A stretch of DNA of 60,782 nucleotides, counting the filler, from Diploschistes diacapsis (taxonomy: Eukaryota), in the NCBI GenBank assembly GCA_023645945.1. It is 8 parts of 8 records of this genome, joined end to end, with 100 filler letters (N's around TTAATTAATTAA, not from the genome) between each part and the next. Parts side by side here need not be neighbours in the genome. Positions count along the whole stretch, not along the records: positions 1 to 27,241 come from JALAIB010000166.1; 7 more parts are not named here. The stretch is one strand, 5' to 3'. This document shows, in pieces, positions 1 to 11,921 of this stretch; the first letter of the stretch is position 1; every line of letters starts with the position of its first letter. The notes beneath the pieces are model-generated. The model did not search any database. It saw only the letters and a program-made list of their open reading frames with translations, and was not told the origin of the DNA. The translations under genes and the position numbers were made by a program.

Positions 1-411
1 GAGGGGTTGGGGATAAGGTCTTGGGGGCGTGGGACGGACATGGTGTCTAGGCCGACGAGAGCTAGGAGTAGAGATGGCGGGTTGACACTCAGGCGGACCA
101 AAATGAGACCGAAAACGAGAATGTAGACGTGGATGCCCAAGAAGATGCAGAGTAGATTTCTTGTTGTTGAGCTGATATGAGGCTTCCAAAATTGAACCTG
201 CACCGGTGTTTGGCGCTGCTTTGGGATTGAGTATGACATCGCTGTTCTTATAGGAATTCGGTGTCTGCCATGCGGGGGTTCCTCCTGCCTTCCTTTCCCC
301 TATGATTGACATGTTTGCTCTTCCCTTGTTGGCTTACAAATGCACGGTTTGTCTCAGGAGCGCCCCCTCCTTCTCCACATATAGTGTTTCTGCCAAGCCG
401 TTTATCTCATA

Positions 412-612
412 ACGTGTTTCACCACTTAACGGATCACACCACAGAGCGGCTCACAATCCCTGCACCTTCGTAAAATGTATTTCATAACATTTTCACCTTT
501 CGTACAAGTAATTTTATGTGTAGTTGTGGGGCTCAAAAGCTCGCTTAAAACTATCTAGCGCATCTACATTATAATGTAGTGAGCCGCTTTGTGGTTAAGT
601 GGTGAAACACGT
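412..612 (+). mobile_element. Fot1/pogo-type (Tc1/mariner) MITE, copy 1 (201 bp; 9-bp deletion in right TIR)
   Basis: Begins ACGTGTTTCACCACTTAACGGATCACACCAC and ends GTGGTTAAGTGGTGAAACACGT. Flanked by TA at 410-411 and 613-614. Near-identical to copies at 25818 and 32705. Confidence 0.93.
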
Positions 613-1165
613 TATCTAGTTTGTTTCTATTGCTGAGCAAAGCTACCTCCTTACTTCAAGTTTGCACCTGTGGAATATCTCGGGTTTTGATATGGCCGAC
701 GGCCCGAGAGGTCTGCATGCGAGGGTTATCGTACGGGAGATACTATAACGTGAAAATAGGGCACGTATCGCACACAAAACTTGAAGTGCACAATAGCGGT
801 CGGTCGCTTTGAAATAACTAATACGGACTATATGACGGCGAAAACAGCTAGCTAGCCTTGACCTTTGACGCGGCAGCAGCCCATCCCATTTCAATACCTT
901 GCTGCTGGATTTCTCACGTAAACGCCAAACACTGCCTTAACCTTGCCCATAGACTAGAGTACATTCGGTGAAGGTGAGATTTTGCAAGCCCTCGACAACC
1001 TTCATTCTCTTTTGATTCGCAAAGTATGTTTGATAATTAGCATCGATGAAAAGCCTGCAATCTCGTCCCTGTTGAATTGGCTTGAGAATAGAATCAAAGA
1101 AAAACTTGCATGAGGCGTCATAAGAATCTCGGAGCATGCTGCAAACTCTCAGCAACCAGCCTCGC

Positions 1166-4111
1166 CTACCATCCGCGCGAATTGTTGCTGCCGTAGTAGT
1201 TCCCACCGAAGGCGCCGTACCCTCCATAACCGGACTGGTGGCTCTGCTGTCCTGGATGCTGGTGACCGAGCCCCCCAAGACCGGAGCCGTAATGAGACTG
1301 CTGCCCGTGCATCTGATTACCGAGCTGAGGGTAGGCTGCGTAAGATTGTTGGCTCTGACCCTGAGAGGCCTGACCTTGTACATTGGTCGCAGAGGTCGGC
1401 CGGCCGGCCGTCTGTCCTGGAGCTGGACTAGGACCGCCAGCAATCTTGGAAGCCTCGCCGTAGCCACGAGCTGCATCGTCATTGCCGCCCTGTTGAGAAA
1501 CGGACTGTTGATTGTTTTGGCCGGCATAGCCAGACTGCGAGCGGCTGCCAAATGGGTCAGGCATCCCGCCAAAGCTGCCGGCTGCATGCTGCTGTTGGCC
1601 TTCCGAGGGCTGAGTGGAGCCAGTGCGTCCATAACTCCCAAGTGAAGAGGCATTCTCCCTTCCCGACATCGCATGCGCTTGCTGGCCGTAGCCGCCGACG
1701 TTTGCAGGAGAACTAGAATGCGCATCCCAGGACTGGGGGGAGATTCCATAGTTTTGGTGGGGCTGAGCATATTTGTTTGCGCCAGCGTATGGACCGCCTC
1801 CATACCTGCCCTGGTTGGCACCGTAGCCGTAATGGTTTTGAGACATGTACTGGTCTGCTTCGTAGCGGCGAATATCATCATATGGACCGCGTTCAGGCCC
1901 ATACGCATGCTGGCTCATATAGTTGGGATGGTAATAATTGTTGTAATAGGCATTGGCTCCGTAGGGGTAGTGTTGATGCCCCTGACTGTGCGCTTGACCC
2001 ATCTGGTGAGGCTGCTGATGGCTCGGCCCTTGTCCTTGTTGGCCTGCAATAGGATTAGGCGTAGAATGGCCACTATTTTGGGCTTCCGTCGGTCCGAAAC
2101 GGGTTTGATTGGGATGAGCTGCCTGAGCATTGGCGAGCTGAGATGGAAGATCGGCCGAACCGGTTGCAAAGGCGCTACTGGGCTTCTGTTGCATCCCAGC
2201 GCCCTCTTGCGGGGCCTGAGGTTGCTGTCCGTAGGCGCTCTGAAGACTCTGGTACGTGTTGCGTGAATTATCAGAGGTATAGTACGATGGATAGTCGCTT
2301 GCAGAAGTTGAGAACCCGCCCAAGTGCGACTGCTGAGCGGTCTGGCTTGGCTGTCCAGGGGCTTGTGATTGCGGTGGAAACCCATTCGGAGGTTGCGTGG
2401 ATAGGTGGGAAGCTGGTTGGCCAAACTGATCGTACGGCTTGTGCGACGGAAAGCCGCTTTCTGCACTCTGCGGTGCACTTGTTCCATAGAGATTACCAAA
2501 CTGATTGAAGCTGTAGGTAGTTTGATTGGCTTGCTGTGATGGAATCTGTTCAATCGGCGCATTCGATCCAGGTTGGGATGGTGCCGCAAGACCGGGCGCA
2601 GCCTTGAGAAGCCCCGAGGTCTGTTGCGAAATGGGAGGCAGGGAAGCTTTCGGGGCAACGGGTGAGTGCTGCGGAGGTTGAGTGCGAGTCTCCGGCTCTT
2701 CTCTATCATCGTCAACATCAAGGTCTTCAGTGCTTTCTCCAAGGCCTAGGCTTCCGAATTGCACCGCGGTGCGATCGACTGCGTGGTTCCCAGGCATGAC
2801 GACAGCTTCCTGTTGTTCCTTGACCCTACGGACAAAACTTGGCGTGCGCGCTCCTGTGGCCGCTTTGAGAGCGGTCGTTTGGAAGCCGCCCAACCCTGGG
2901 CGGAGCATCGATTGCTGCTGTGTGGCTTGGGCTGGAGTGGCACCGCCTGCTGCGCTGCGTGGGTCATTTGTGCCCGCAGTGCTTGCCGCAGTAACAGTAG
3001 CCGGCGGTTCGGAGACATCTTCCACCTGCTCGAGATTTCTTTCTGTCAGCTGATCTTTTGACGGCGTCAGCTCCAGGGCCGGCTCGGAAGGCGGTAACCC
3101 TGGAGATGATTCGGTTGGCGTCTCATCGACTAGGACCGCCTGAGAAACAACTGGGGTTGGTTCCGACTCTTCTTCCGTGGCCTGCTGTTCATCGGGTGGT
3201 GGTGGAGCAGCTGTAGTCTCTTGTGTAGGTGGCGGTGGAGCAGCAGCGACCTTCGGTGTCGGCACGGCGGGCTTGGGCTTCGCTACAGGCTTCAACATAC
3301 TTGCCCAAGTTCTTGTGCCATCAGGGCGAGAGCTTGCCTGTGGTTGCTCGACTGTAGGAGGCGGAACAGGCTCAGGCGGGGTGAGAACTTCCCAAGAGTT
3401 ATCTTCAGAGGTCGTAGCAGCCTGCGCAGCCTGATCCCAACCATCCACGGTCGCAGCAGTCTCGGCCGATGTTTCCCAAGTATCACCAGCAGGAGCGGCA
3501 GCTGTTTCGTTTCCGGGGTCTGTCGCTGCTGGCTTCCGAGGCGCTACCGCATCCCTAACCCGGCCCCGTGCGCCTCCGCGACCTCTTTCCACAGCCCTGC
3601 CACGGCCGCCACGGTGTCCATCCGACGGCCTTGACCGTCCACCACGGAAAGAGATGTCTGCACGATCTGTACCCAGCTCTTGCGTCTTTGCTTGAGTCCG
3701 ATCTTTGGTCTTCTTCTTGACCTCACCCCATTGTGAGACGTTACCTTCGAAATTGTAAGCTATACCCAATTGATAGACCACAAGCGTGTGTTTGTAAAAC
3801 ATACCTTCGGACATTCGCTCAACTGTGCGCTCCGCGTCGTTCCCATTCTCTTCCAGAGCAAAGACAATGTCATCATCAGTCCAGTCCGGAAACATCTCCT
3901 TGATCTTCGTTAGATTGGACGCATACTTCTTTTTCAATTGTCCAATCTCGCCCTCATCATCATATGATGCGAAAGCGCCTGATCCGGAACTATCGCCATT
4001 CATTGGCCTTGGCCTGCCACCACGTGAGCTGTATCCTCCTCTGCCGCCTCGTCCGGAGCCTCTGCCTCGAGGGACTGAGGTCCGTTGCTGACTGTCAGCC
4101 ATGGCCGACAT
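1166..4111 (-). CDS. DEF1: RNA polymerase II degradation factor Def1 (CUE domain, RGG and Q/G/Y-rich low-complexity regions)
   Basis: RGG-rich N-terminus, then a CUE-like segment (LTKIKEMFPDWTDDDIVFALEE), SQWGEVKKK, WASMLKP and QQEAVVMPGNHAVDRTAVQFGSLGL, with a prion-like C-terminus. Predicted in-frame 60-nt intron at 3745-3804 (GTATGT...GAAG). Confidence 0.88.
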   Translation of the reverse strand: MSAMADSQQRTSVPRGRGSGRGGRGGYSSRGGRPRPMNGDSSGSGAFASYDDEGEIGQLKKKYASNLTKIKEMFPDWTDDDIVFALEENGNDAERTVERMSEGMFYKHTLVVYQLGIAYNFEGNVSQWGEVKKKTKDRTQAKTQELGTDRADISFRGGRSRPSDGHRGGRGRAVERGRGGARGRVRDAVAPRKPAATDPGNETAAAPAGDTWETSAETAATVDGWDQAAQAATTSEDNSWEVLTPPEPVPPPTVEQPQASSRPDGTRTWASMLKPVAKPKPAVPTPKVAAAPPPPTQETTAAPPPPDEQQATEEESEPTPVVSQAVLVDETPTESSPGLPPSEPALELTPSKDQLTERNLEQVEDVSEPPATVTAASTAGTNDPRSAAGGATPAQATQQQSMLRPGLGGFQTTALKAATGARTPSFVRRVKEQQEAVVMPGNHAVDRTAVQFGSLGLGESTEDLDVDDDREEPETRTQPPQHSPVAPKASLPPISQQTSGLLKAAPGLAAPSQPGSNAPIEQIPSQQANQTTYSFNQFGNLYGTSAPQSAESGFPSHKPYDQFGQPASHLSTQPPNGFPPQSQAPGQPSQTAQQSHLGGFSTSASDYPSYYTSDNSRNTYQSLQSAYGQQPQAPQEGAGMQQKPSSAFATGSADLPSQLANAQAAHPNQTRFGPTEAQNSGHSTPNPIAGQQGQGPSHQQPHQMGQAHSQGHQHYPYGANAYYNNYYHPNYMSQHAYGPERGPYDDIRRYEADQYMSQNHYGYGANQGRYGGGPYAGANKYAQPHQNYGISPQSWDAHSSSPANVGGYGQQAHAMSGRENASSLGSYGRTGSTQPSEGQQQHAAGSFGGMPDPFGSRSQSGYAGQNNQQSVSQQGGNDDAARGYGEASKIAGGPSPAPGQTAGRPTSATNVQGQASQGQSQQSYAAYPQLGNQMHGQQSHYGSGLGGLGHQHPGQQSHQSGYGGYGAFGGNYYGSNNSRGW

Positions 4112-5906
4112 TAAGTGTTCGAATTGGTAATTGAGGAAATCAGGTATGGCTTGCTATTCGAGCGACAAGAGAGTTTGATGAACGACAAGACAATTGAGCA
4201 GTAGCCGACTGAAGGCTGAAAATGCCTCGCTCAGGCAGGGACAGAGCTGCAAGGCAGTACAGCTCTTCGTGGAGGGGATATTGCGACACGAACAAATACG
4301 AGGACAGCTTTCAGGTCAAGTGTAGCAGATAGTTTAATTTGATCTCTAGGTGTCGCTAAATTGAAATGTTTTTGTGACGACTTGTCGGTGCTGGGGCCCT
4401 AAGAAACGCCAAGGAATCTCGGAGACTGGAGTAAAAGACCTTAAGTTGGCTGAGGATGGTAAGTAGTACGCTACCCAGCCGACATAACATGGGCCCCTGC
4501 AGCCTGCAGCTGCCCTTCGGCACAACTGATTCTCCGTAGTAAGTATAAACTTTGTTTCCTCCCATTCGGTAGGACGCTTCACAACTCACAATCCCACCGC
4601 AAGGGAGATTCCTACGTGCTGGTACGATCTTCCCAAAATATATGGGAGGGGAGAAAAGGTATTGATCAGGGCTATGAGGGTAGTTCAGTAGTACAAGCCT
4701 CTTTCTGCCTGCACTTGAGAGGGACAAGATGTTGGTGAAATGTATCAATCCTTCGATGGCTATCTTTCACAGATCAGCATGCATGAGTATGTATACATGT
4801 GAACATAAATGTTTCGCAACTAGTTCGCGACTGGAAGTCAACATACAATTCCTCCTATACACGCTGACTGACTCTCTTGTTGCCATTTCATATTCTCATC
4901 AAAAGGAACATACTCCTCCTTATTGGACTGTTCATTCCTTGCAGATTGCCTAGTACTGTTATGAGGTAGCCATTCTTGTCCAAAAGTCAAATACACACCA
5001 TCCAAGTAGTTATCCCTATCCAGGGGTCTTCTCTCGGGTCACCAATACTTGCAGAAACCAAATCGTTCTGCCCCAACAATGCTGAGCCATGGTCAAAAGA
5101 CTAGCAATACGGGCTGTCAGTCCTGGCGGTGGTCTTGTCCTAAAGATAGGTTTGGTGCTTCTTATTGCCCTTTGTGTATGCTGCGCATGTTGAGAAGGTG
5201 GAAGCTGATGGGCAAGAGTGTCCTTTAGATCCCGTATGTATCCAGCAATCTGCTTAGGGAATTGTTGTCAGCCCTTTTCATTCTTTGCATTATTCCCTCG
5301 CCGTCAGAGGTTCCAGCATCTTAGTGCTAGCCGAAGGCTTAGCTCCCTGTGTTGTGCTTAAAGTGAATTTATACCATATCAAGCAATGGCTTCACTGGTG
5401 CTGCTCTTCGGGAACACTTGGCCATGGTGCCGATATTCCAGTTGACGGTCCGGTCTGATAGGCCGACCATATACCTGGAACACAGCCGGCCCATCTTCTT
5501 CCTTATAATACTACCATGGCCATGGAGGTAGCTCCTTTGCACAGCGCAATGGCATGGGCGTAGAGTGCACCAACAGCAGCAATTGGGACAGAAGTCTCTT
5601 ACTTTCTATACAGGGCACCTTAGCCGCTGAACCATAGTGCTCTACTCAAAGGAATTTGGACGACAGTTGGAGACTCCTTGTCACGGTGGGCTGGAGCGCT
5701 GCGATGACGGTGGAGGAAGATATTAAATTGACAGCGGGATCGGCGAAATGCTTCCGAGTAAATCTGAATAAGCTGAGCAGATCATCGCCAGCAATCACAC
5801 AAGTCGGCCTATCAAGGACGTTGCGAGCCATCCGATATCCATAGTCATGTTGAAGGCAATCGATAGTCCGCTATATGTTCTGCATGGACTCACTGAAGGA
5901 GTGAGC

Positions 5907-7124
5907 TCACATCGCCAACGATGCTAGTCCAAAATCTTGCTCTTCATCCTCTAGATGCCACTCTTCAATGGAAACGGAGTGCTCTGGTTCCACATAAGAG
6001 TACAGTTGGGGGTGGACCCGAATGTAGTTTATCACCTCTCGCGCCTCATCGCTACGGCCCTTCTCAAGGAGGGTCTCAGCAGTCTTGAGGCACAAGTAGA
6101 GGTGACTCCTTTTCTTGGCGGGTGTCAGCCGAGCTGAGGGCATCTTGTCTATTGCTCGGTTGCGTATTAGATCCAAGGCCAACGAAGCGTCAGCATTTGT
6201 AGGGTGCCAGAGCGCGAGTCGAGCCCTCAAAGAAATACTGTCAAGCCTCGATTGCTTCAGAACGGACTGGAACTCTTCGTATACAGAAGCATTGATGTCC
6301 GCTGATTTGGTACGCATGATATGCTTGACCAAGCAAACTCGGGCGGGCCTGAATGCTGTCTCTGCATAGGACTGAAAAAGATGCTTGAACTTCCTTGCAG
6401 CTGCCGTGAAGGTTTGAATTGTGGCATCAGGCGAACCACGTGCTGAGACCATGCCAGTTAAGAAGTAGCATAAGAGAAGAGCGAAGCTTTCCAAAAGCTC
6501 TGGATGCGACTCGTTCGAAGAACCAACGATCCGTGTTTCTAATCGCTGCAGCCAATCCCATAGACGACTGTCTTTGCCCTCTGCGACCATTCGAGGAACT
6601 AATAGCTTTAGAAATGCCCCATCGCGAGCAAATTCCATTGATTCCTCAAGCCCGCTTGCCCACAGCCAATTAGTAATAGGCTGAGATACGCTCGATTCTT
6701 TTCGACAGTATGCAATCGTATTTCTATATTCCCGCCTGTTTTGCTTGTGGACCGTTAAACAATGCTTAGCGAGTTTGAGAGTCGCCTCGCCGGCGGCCAC
6801 TTGCTCCTCAAAGTACTCCATGGGATTAATTAATGTCTCCTGAATCTCACTGATCAGGCCGTTTAACGATTGCTTGCTTCTAGGCTTTGCCTTCTCGCGC
6901 TTGGTTGGTCCTCTGAATAAGGGGCTCGAAAGCACTGACTGAAGGTGTGCATTGACCGGACTCTGTTTCTGGGATTGATTCTCGTCGTTCTCTCCATTTA
7001 ATTGTTGGCGGAAGGAAGAGTTCAGTAGCCCTAGTAATTTATTGGATTCTCGTGGATTCAAAGGCAGGGGAGGGTGAAGTATGCGAGAAAGATTATGGAG
7101 AAGAGGTTGGGCAGGTTTCTTCAT
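5907..7124 (-). CDS. Conserved Pezizomycotina hypothetical protein (405 aa), possibly mitochondrial
   Basis: Uninterrupted ORF. Likely ATG at 7124 (MKKPAQPLL...) precedes HPPLPLNPRESNKLLGLLNSSFRQQL, a motif I recognise from uncharacterised filamentous-fungal proteins. The basic N-terminus suggests mitochondrial targeting. Confidence 0.7.
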   Translation of the reverse strand: MKKPAQPLLHNLSRILHPPLPLNPRESNKLLGLLNSSFRQQLNGENDENQSQKQSPVNAHLQSVLSSPLFRGPTKREKAKPRSKQSLNGLISEIQETLINPMEYFEEQVAAGEATLKLAKHCLTVHKQNRREYRNTIAYCRKESSVSQPITNWLWASGLEESMEFARDGAFLKLLVPRMVAEGKDSRLWDWLQRLETRIVGSSNESHPELLESFALLLCYFLTGMVSARGSPDATIQTFTAAARKFKHLFQSYAETAFRPARVCLVKHIMRTKSADINASVYEEFQSVLKQSRLDSISLRARLALWHPTNADASLALDLIRNRAIDKMPSARLTPAKKRSHLYLCLKTAETLLEKGRSDEAREVINYIRVHPQLYSYVEPEHSVSIEEWHLEDEEQDFGLASLAM

Positions 7125-7690
7125 ATTGAGGTAGGCGAACGCTAAGATGCACAATCTTTCACGAACGCGTTGTCCGCTCGAGTCTAGCGAAGATCCGGAT
7201 CGTGTGAAGAGTATATACTGGAATGTGAAGTCGTACTTTATATAGACAATCGCTATGAAGCGCTCTCGGTTGCATGAACTCAATAGTTGGTACGAACGGA
7301 TATGCCGGCAACAAAGTTCAACCGCGCCGTTGAACGACTTCAGCGCATCGTGCAAATATTGACATCTCATACACGGCTAAGTTACACGCTGCTTGGGGGT
7401 TTCCATACATTCAAATAGATTCTTACGAGAGACTACGAGCTGTAAGCGTTCCCGCATATTACGCTCGTAAGACCGCTTCAAGCCAACGACACAACATAGC
7501 CCCGACTTACAAGGTTCCTCTCATAAGCATCTTCGTTCACTACTTATATCTCATGGGAGATCCTTTTCTAATGGCTCAAGCTCCGCACTCATATGCGGCT
7601 CCGTTTCAATTCTAACAAATGCCGCCATTTACATCGTCATTATGCGTACATTTCATGAGATATTATCTCGTCTAATTCTTCAAAAGTTTA

Positions 7691-10600
7691 TCAAACTCCC
7701 TTGAAAGAATCCTGATGCCGCAGACCTGGCCTATACGCCTCGTACCCGCTGTTCCCGCTACCATCAACTCCTGTGTAGGCGGAACCGCCAGTCCTCCATC
7801 TCTCTAATCCTAGTGCCTCGTGGCTATCGTTAACTATCTGAGTTCGTACTGGATTGTAGCCTGCAGGATATTGAGCCCCGCGGAGCAAGTTGCTTTCGCT
7901 GTCGCTGTTAAGATTGTACAGACTACCGTTGTAAGGACCTGCCACATCAGATTCTGCAGACGTTGTCCTCCGGAAAGCGGGGTGGTATTGCACCTGGTCT
8001 AGGCGTTGCTGACGGAGCGCTGGCATAGGTGGGGGTGTTCCAGACCGGGTGAGATCATCATCAGAGACCATGAAAGACTTTGGTGTCTGGCTTCGCTCTG
8101 AGACTAAGTCGATCGGACGACCGTAGAGCTCTCCATCACCGCCATGCTCCGAGGCGAAGTCGGCACGGTTCTTGAAGTTGGTGAAGTCGAGATCGCTTTC
8201 TGACACTACTTCAAACACGTCATTTTGGTTACCCAAGCTGGGCTTGCCAGGCTGTTGTCGGGACATGGCATCCATTGCAATATCAGAGTAGCCATAATTG
8301 GTGCCATCAAGAGACAACCTCCCACCGTAGACATTCGCTAAGACATGCCTGGCTTTTGCATGAACCATAGGCGTAACAAGTGGTTTGTAGAGTGCCGGAT
8401 GACCGAATTTAACCCCAATCCTCTCTTGCTTGCGAACTCTCTTGCTCGGGTCTACGCCGCCTTCAATATCGTGAACGTCGGTAGTGTAGAACGTGCACTT
8501 ATTCGCGAGGTAGGCCGTGCAGTACCACCTGAACGCAAGCAGAGCGATTGGCAGAGGTATCATGACAGCCAGCATCGTCCAAGTACCGAAACAGCCCTTT
8601 ATGACAAGCGCTGCAATCAGATTCGCCATCATTGTTGCAAAAATAATGCGATTGAAGAGGACGTTCCAAAATTGGCCGCCGGACTCGGTCTTCGTTATGA
8701 AGATGTACAGGAGTAGGTATCGTTTAAGCCAACTGTCGATGAGGAAGTATATAAAGGTCACCAGTAGAACGAGCGGTTGCACTGTTGCGAAGCAGATAGC
8801 TACCGTCACATAGAACAGGAACCAGTTGTAGTACGAAGCATAGTCAAAAGCTGGCGGAGCGGTCCAATCAATAGCTTGCCTCGGTGTCGGATGCATAAAA
8901 GTCCGAGAAAACCATCTCCAGGCCAAGCTGACAAGCTGAGCGAGATCGATGGCCGCACCAAGATTACGTTGAATGAGCCAGATGAACCAAAAGCTAGAAA
9001 CAGTACATAAAGCTTGCACTACACTTCTCGCCAGGTCGGCTTCTTCGATCGCGTCCCAAGGATCCGTCCCTTGTTTGGTGCTGGAGGTCACAGCAACCAC
9101 AAACTTCCAGAGTGTGGAGAAGATAGAAAAGACAACCAAATTGTTGAAAATGAAGAAAGCATAGAGCTTAGACAGCACATGCCTCTCTCGGGATGTCTTC
9201 GTAAGGTCACCTGATCGGATTGCAAGCCTTCTGAAGATGATAGGGAGCGCCAGGTATACTCCAGATAGTAATGCCGGAGCGAGAACCGCTTGAACCGCTT
9301 CCCATAGCGCTGGGTTGCCGTCGTACGCGCTTGAAAAAGCTGGCCAGATCCCTTTAAGATTGTTCAAGTTGGAGAGGAAAACGGCGATAAGCGCGTTAGG
9401 AACGATCCATATAATGGTCAGCACGACCACCCAAAAATTAATCATCCAGCGTTTGCGAGAGCGAGCGCCCTTTGATAGGGCCAGATTGTCCCAGACCAGA
9501 TCGTTGGGTTTGGGAGCAAGCCGGATATGTGCTCCGTTGGGTTTCTTCTTCTTTCCCTCATAGGCAACAATGTGGGCTTCTTCGATACGGTCATAGGTAG
9601 CAAACCCATAGGGCATCGGATTGCGCTTGTCGATAGATCCTCTGACATCTTTGATCTCTGTCTCCAAGTCCTTGATGCGATTGGTAAGGTATTCGATGGC
9701 ATCGACTTTATCTTCCGAAGCCGCCCGATGATCTTTTTTGGAGGGTTTGATGGTCGGACGGTTTGGAGGCAATTGATCGGGGTTCTTTAAGTATTTGGCC
9801 AAAACAGACTCAAGATTTCTGACAGTTTCGTCATGCTCTTTGATAAGCATTGGGAGATCCTTGACGTTACGAGCAATAGCCGCACGGGGTATGCTTGATG
9901 TCTGTTCCACCGAATCGACAATGCGCAGAATCCCTTCATCAGAGCGATCCGCTGGAGGGATATCGGTCATCCATATTGAACGTGAGTGAAGGCTTTGCTG
10001 GTACTCGGGACTCTGAAAATAGTTTCGCTTCAGCGCGTAAATGGCTCGATAATTCCACCACAGGAAGAACATCACGGTTGCGTCAAAGAGGTACGAAACG
10101 GCTACATGAGCCCACATTGGTGTACCATACACGGTGCTCGGAGTCATTTTCGCTAGTAGGGTTGTCACCGGACTAGTACCGGTTTGTATCGGCTGGGTAC
10201 TTTCGGGGATCGAGCCCCCGAGTTGCGAGTAGAAAATATGGACGGGCATCAAGATCCCACAGCCAGCTATTGTCAACGTTGCGAACATGTTTCTGCACAT
10301 TGTGAGGAACCTTAGAAATATTGTCGCATCCAGTCCGACTTTTTCGACCAGTGTCTGCTCCCTGGTGGATATCACAGGCGCAAACCAGGCAAAAACGCCC
10401 TTGCCTATGGGCGGCGGAGCGTGCTTCTTATCGGCATGTTTCACTTTCGGAGCATACACAACGCTGTTGTAAGGTCGGACAATGGAGAAGAGGATGGTGA
10501 TGGCAAGTATAGCCCCAAGCGAGGTTCCTATTGCTATCCATAGGGTATTTGCTTGGATCTGTAGAAAGTCAGCACCAAAGATCGTACAGTACCAGAGATC

Positions 10601-10749
10601 CTGTGGCTTACTGTTGTAGAGGTGAATGGGTTAGAGAGCTCGGAGTACAAAGGAGAGTCAGCGAAAGTAGGACTGCCATTTTCATCCCCGTCAGAACCAC
10701 CCCGGCGCCGCACCAGCGCGGCTGTCACTTTGGTACCTTGAATAGCCAT
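7691..10749 (-). CDS. OSCA/TMEM63 (CSC1/RSN1, DUF221) calcium-permeable mechanosensitive channel
   Basis: Motifs VYAPK, VGLDATIFLRFL, RLAPKPNDLVWDNL, YIFITKTESGGQFW and about 11 hydrophobic segments. Exon 1 is 10612-10749, intron 10559-10611 (GTAAGC...TACAG, phase 0), exon 2 is 7691-10558. Confidence 0.92.
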
Positions 10750-10941
10750 TGCGTCTGCTCTTGCAGAATCTCAGAAAAGCCTTGACAAATCGTACACGAC
10801 CTTGTAAAACCGTGATAGCGTCACATGCGCATGATGCCACAAGCGGACGCTGACCTGCAGATCCGAAAGCCAAAGAGGCGCTGAGATGATAGAAGATGCC
10901 CAGATCAGAGCTGGCGATTGTCAGAATTATTGCCTCACAGA

Positions 10942-10981
10942 AAAACGAGTGTGTTTGAAAGAAAACGAGTGTGTTTGAAAG
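10942..10981. repeat. Perfect 20-bp tandem duplication (AAAACGAGTGTGTTTGAAAG x2)
   Basis: Directly visible about 190 bp upstream of the OSCA start codon. Confidence 0.85.
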
Positions 10982-11921
10982 AAAGAGGCGTGCATTGTTG
11001 TACTATTACTGTGTATTGTTGGGGAAGAATGTTCCTGACACCTCGGCCGCATGTCTCCGGCATTTTTTGTTTGGTTGCACGTCATAGTATTATTTTTCTG
11101 GATACGAAGCTCAAAGCTATTTTTATCTGTTTCTTTTATCGCTTGTGCGCGCACTATCTTTGCTGCTTCTTATCGGATGAGTCTTTGCATCCTATATCCG
11201 CCCAGAAACTAAACCTACAAAGCCACTGTGAATGTATCCAACACACAACACGTGCCCACAGCTGCTTATTCGCACAGAAACGCTAATGGAAGACTGATCC
11301 CAACTCTTATATCAGTGCGCTGATTTTACTGGTAAGTAGATTTGTTAGAGCTATGACCCTGCGGGAGCTGCTGCCCCAATCACCTTGCTACACTTCTAGG
11401 TAGTTGGAAAGTCAAGGGCGCTTAAGGAAGCATAGTAGGCGCTGCGGCATCAACGCTCCACTCCACTCCGATGCTCAAAAGTATTATTGACGTTATTAAA
11501 CGCTCTCAACAGAGCAATATCTAGTGGCTCTGCTGGCTGGGGGCCTGAACAAGTCTCGAATTAACCAAAACTTAACACCAGACGGCTGCTTATGTAAAAC
11601 TCACATATACACCTAGTCTCCTCAGACGAAGTTGAACAGTAAATCAGGTACATAGAACAGCCAAAGCGACTGGGTATCTTGCTACCCTGTTCCACCTCTC
11701 CCGGACCTCCATTCTGAGAGAATTGACACTGGAAGTATCAACCTTGTCTCAACAATCTTGAACCTATCCTCGAATAACGCCCTGCGCTTGCAGAAGAGAC
11801 CAGTTCAGATCAAACAGATAAATATGACGCGTTCTGATCTCACTCCTTTCTGTTGTCTTTGTTTGCATATGTTCAGTTTCCATCCTCCAGACCAGAATCC
11901 CAACAGCAGCTCTCTGCCGCT

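Noticed and set aside
1..41. Possible gene start on the minus strand (CACC ATG; MSVPRPQDLIPNP)
   Set aside because: Only 13 codons are visible at the window edge, so it cannot be supported or identified.
937..3726. Long alternate-frame and antisense ORFs overlapping DEF1 (e.g. 937-1908, 1915-2742, 1673-2266)
   Set aside because: Shadow ORFs expected from GC-rich low-complexity coding sequence; no recognisable motifs.
4346..5850. Short ORFs between DEF1 and the 5907 gene
   Set aside because: No coherent exon structure or recognisable domain.
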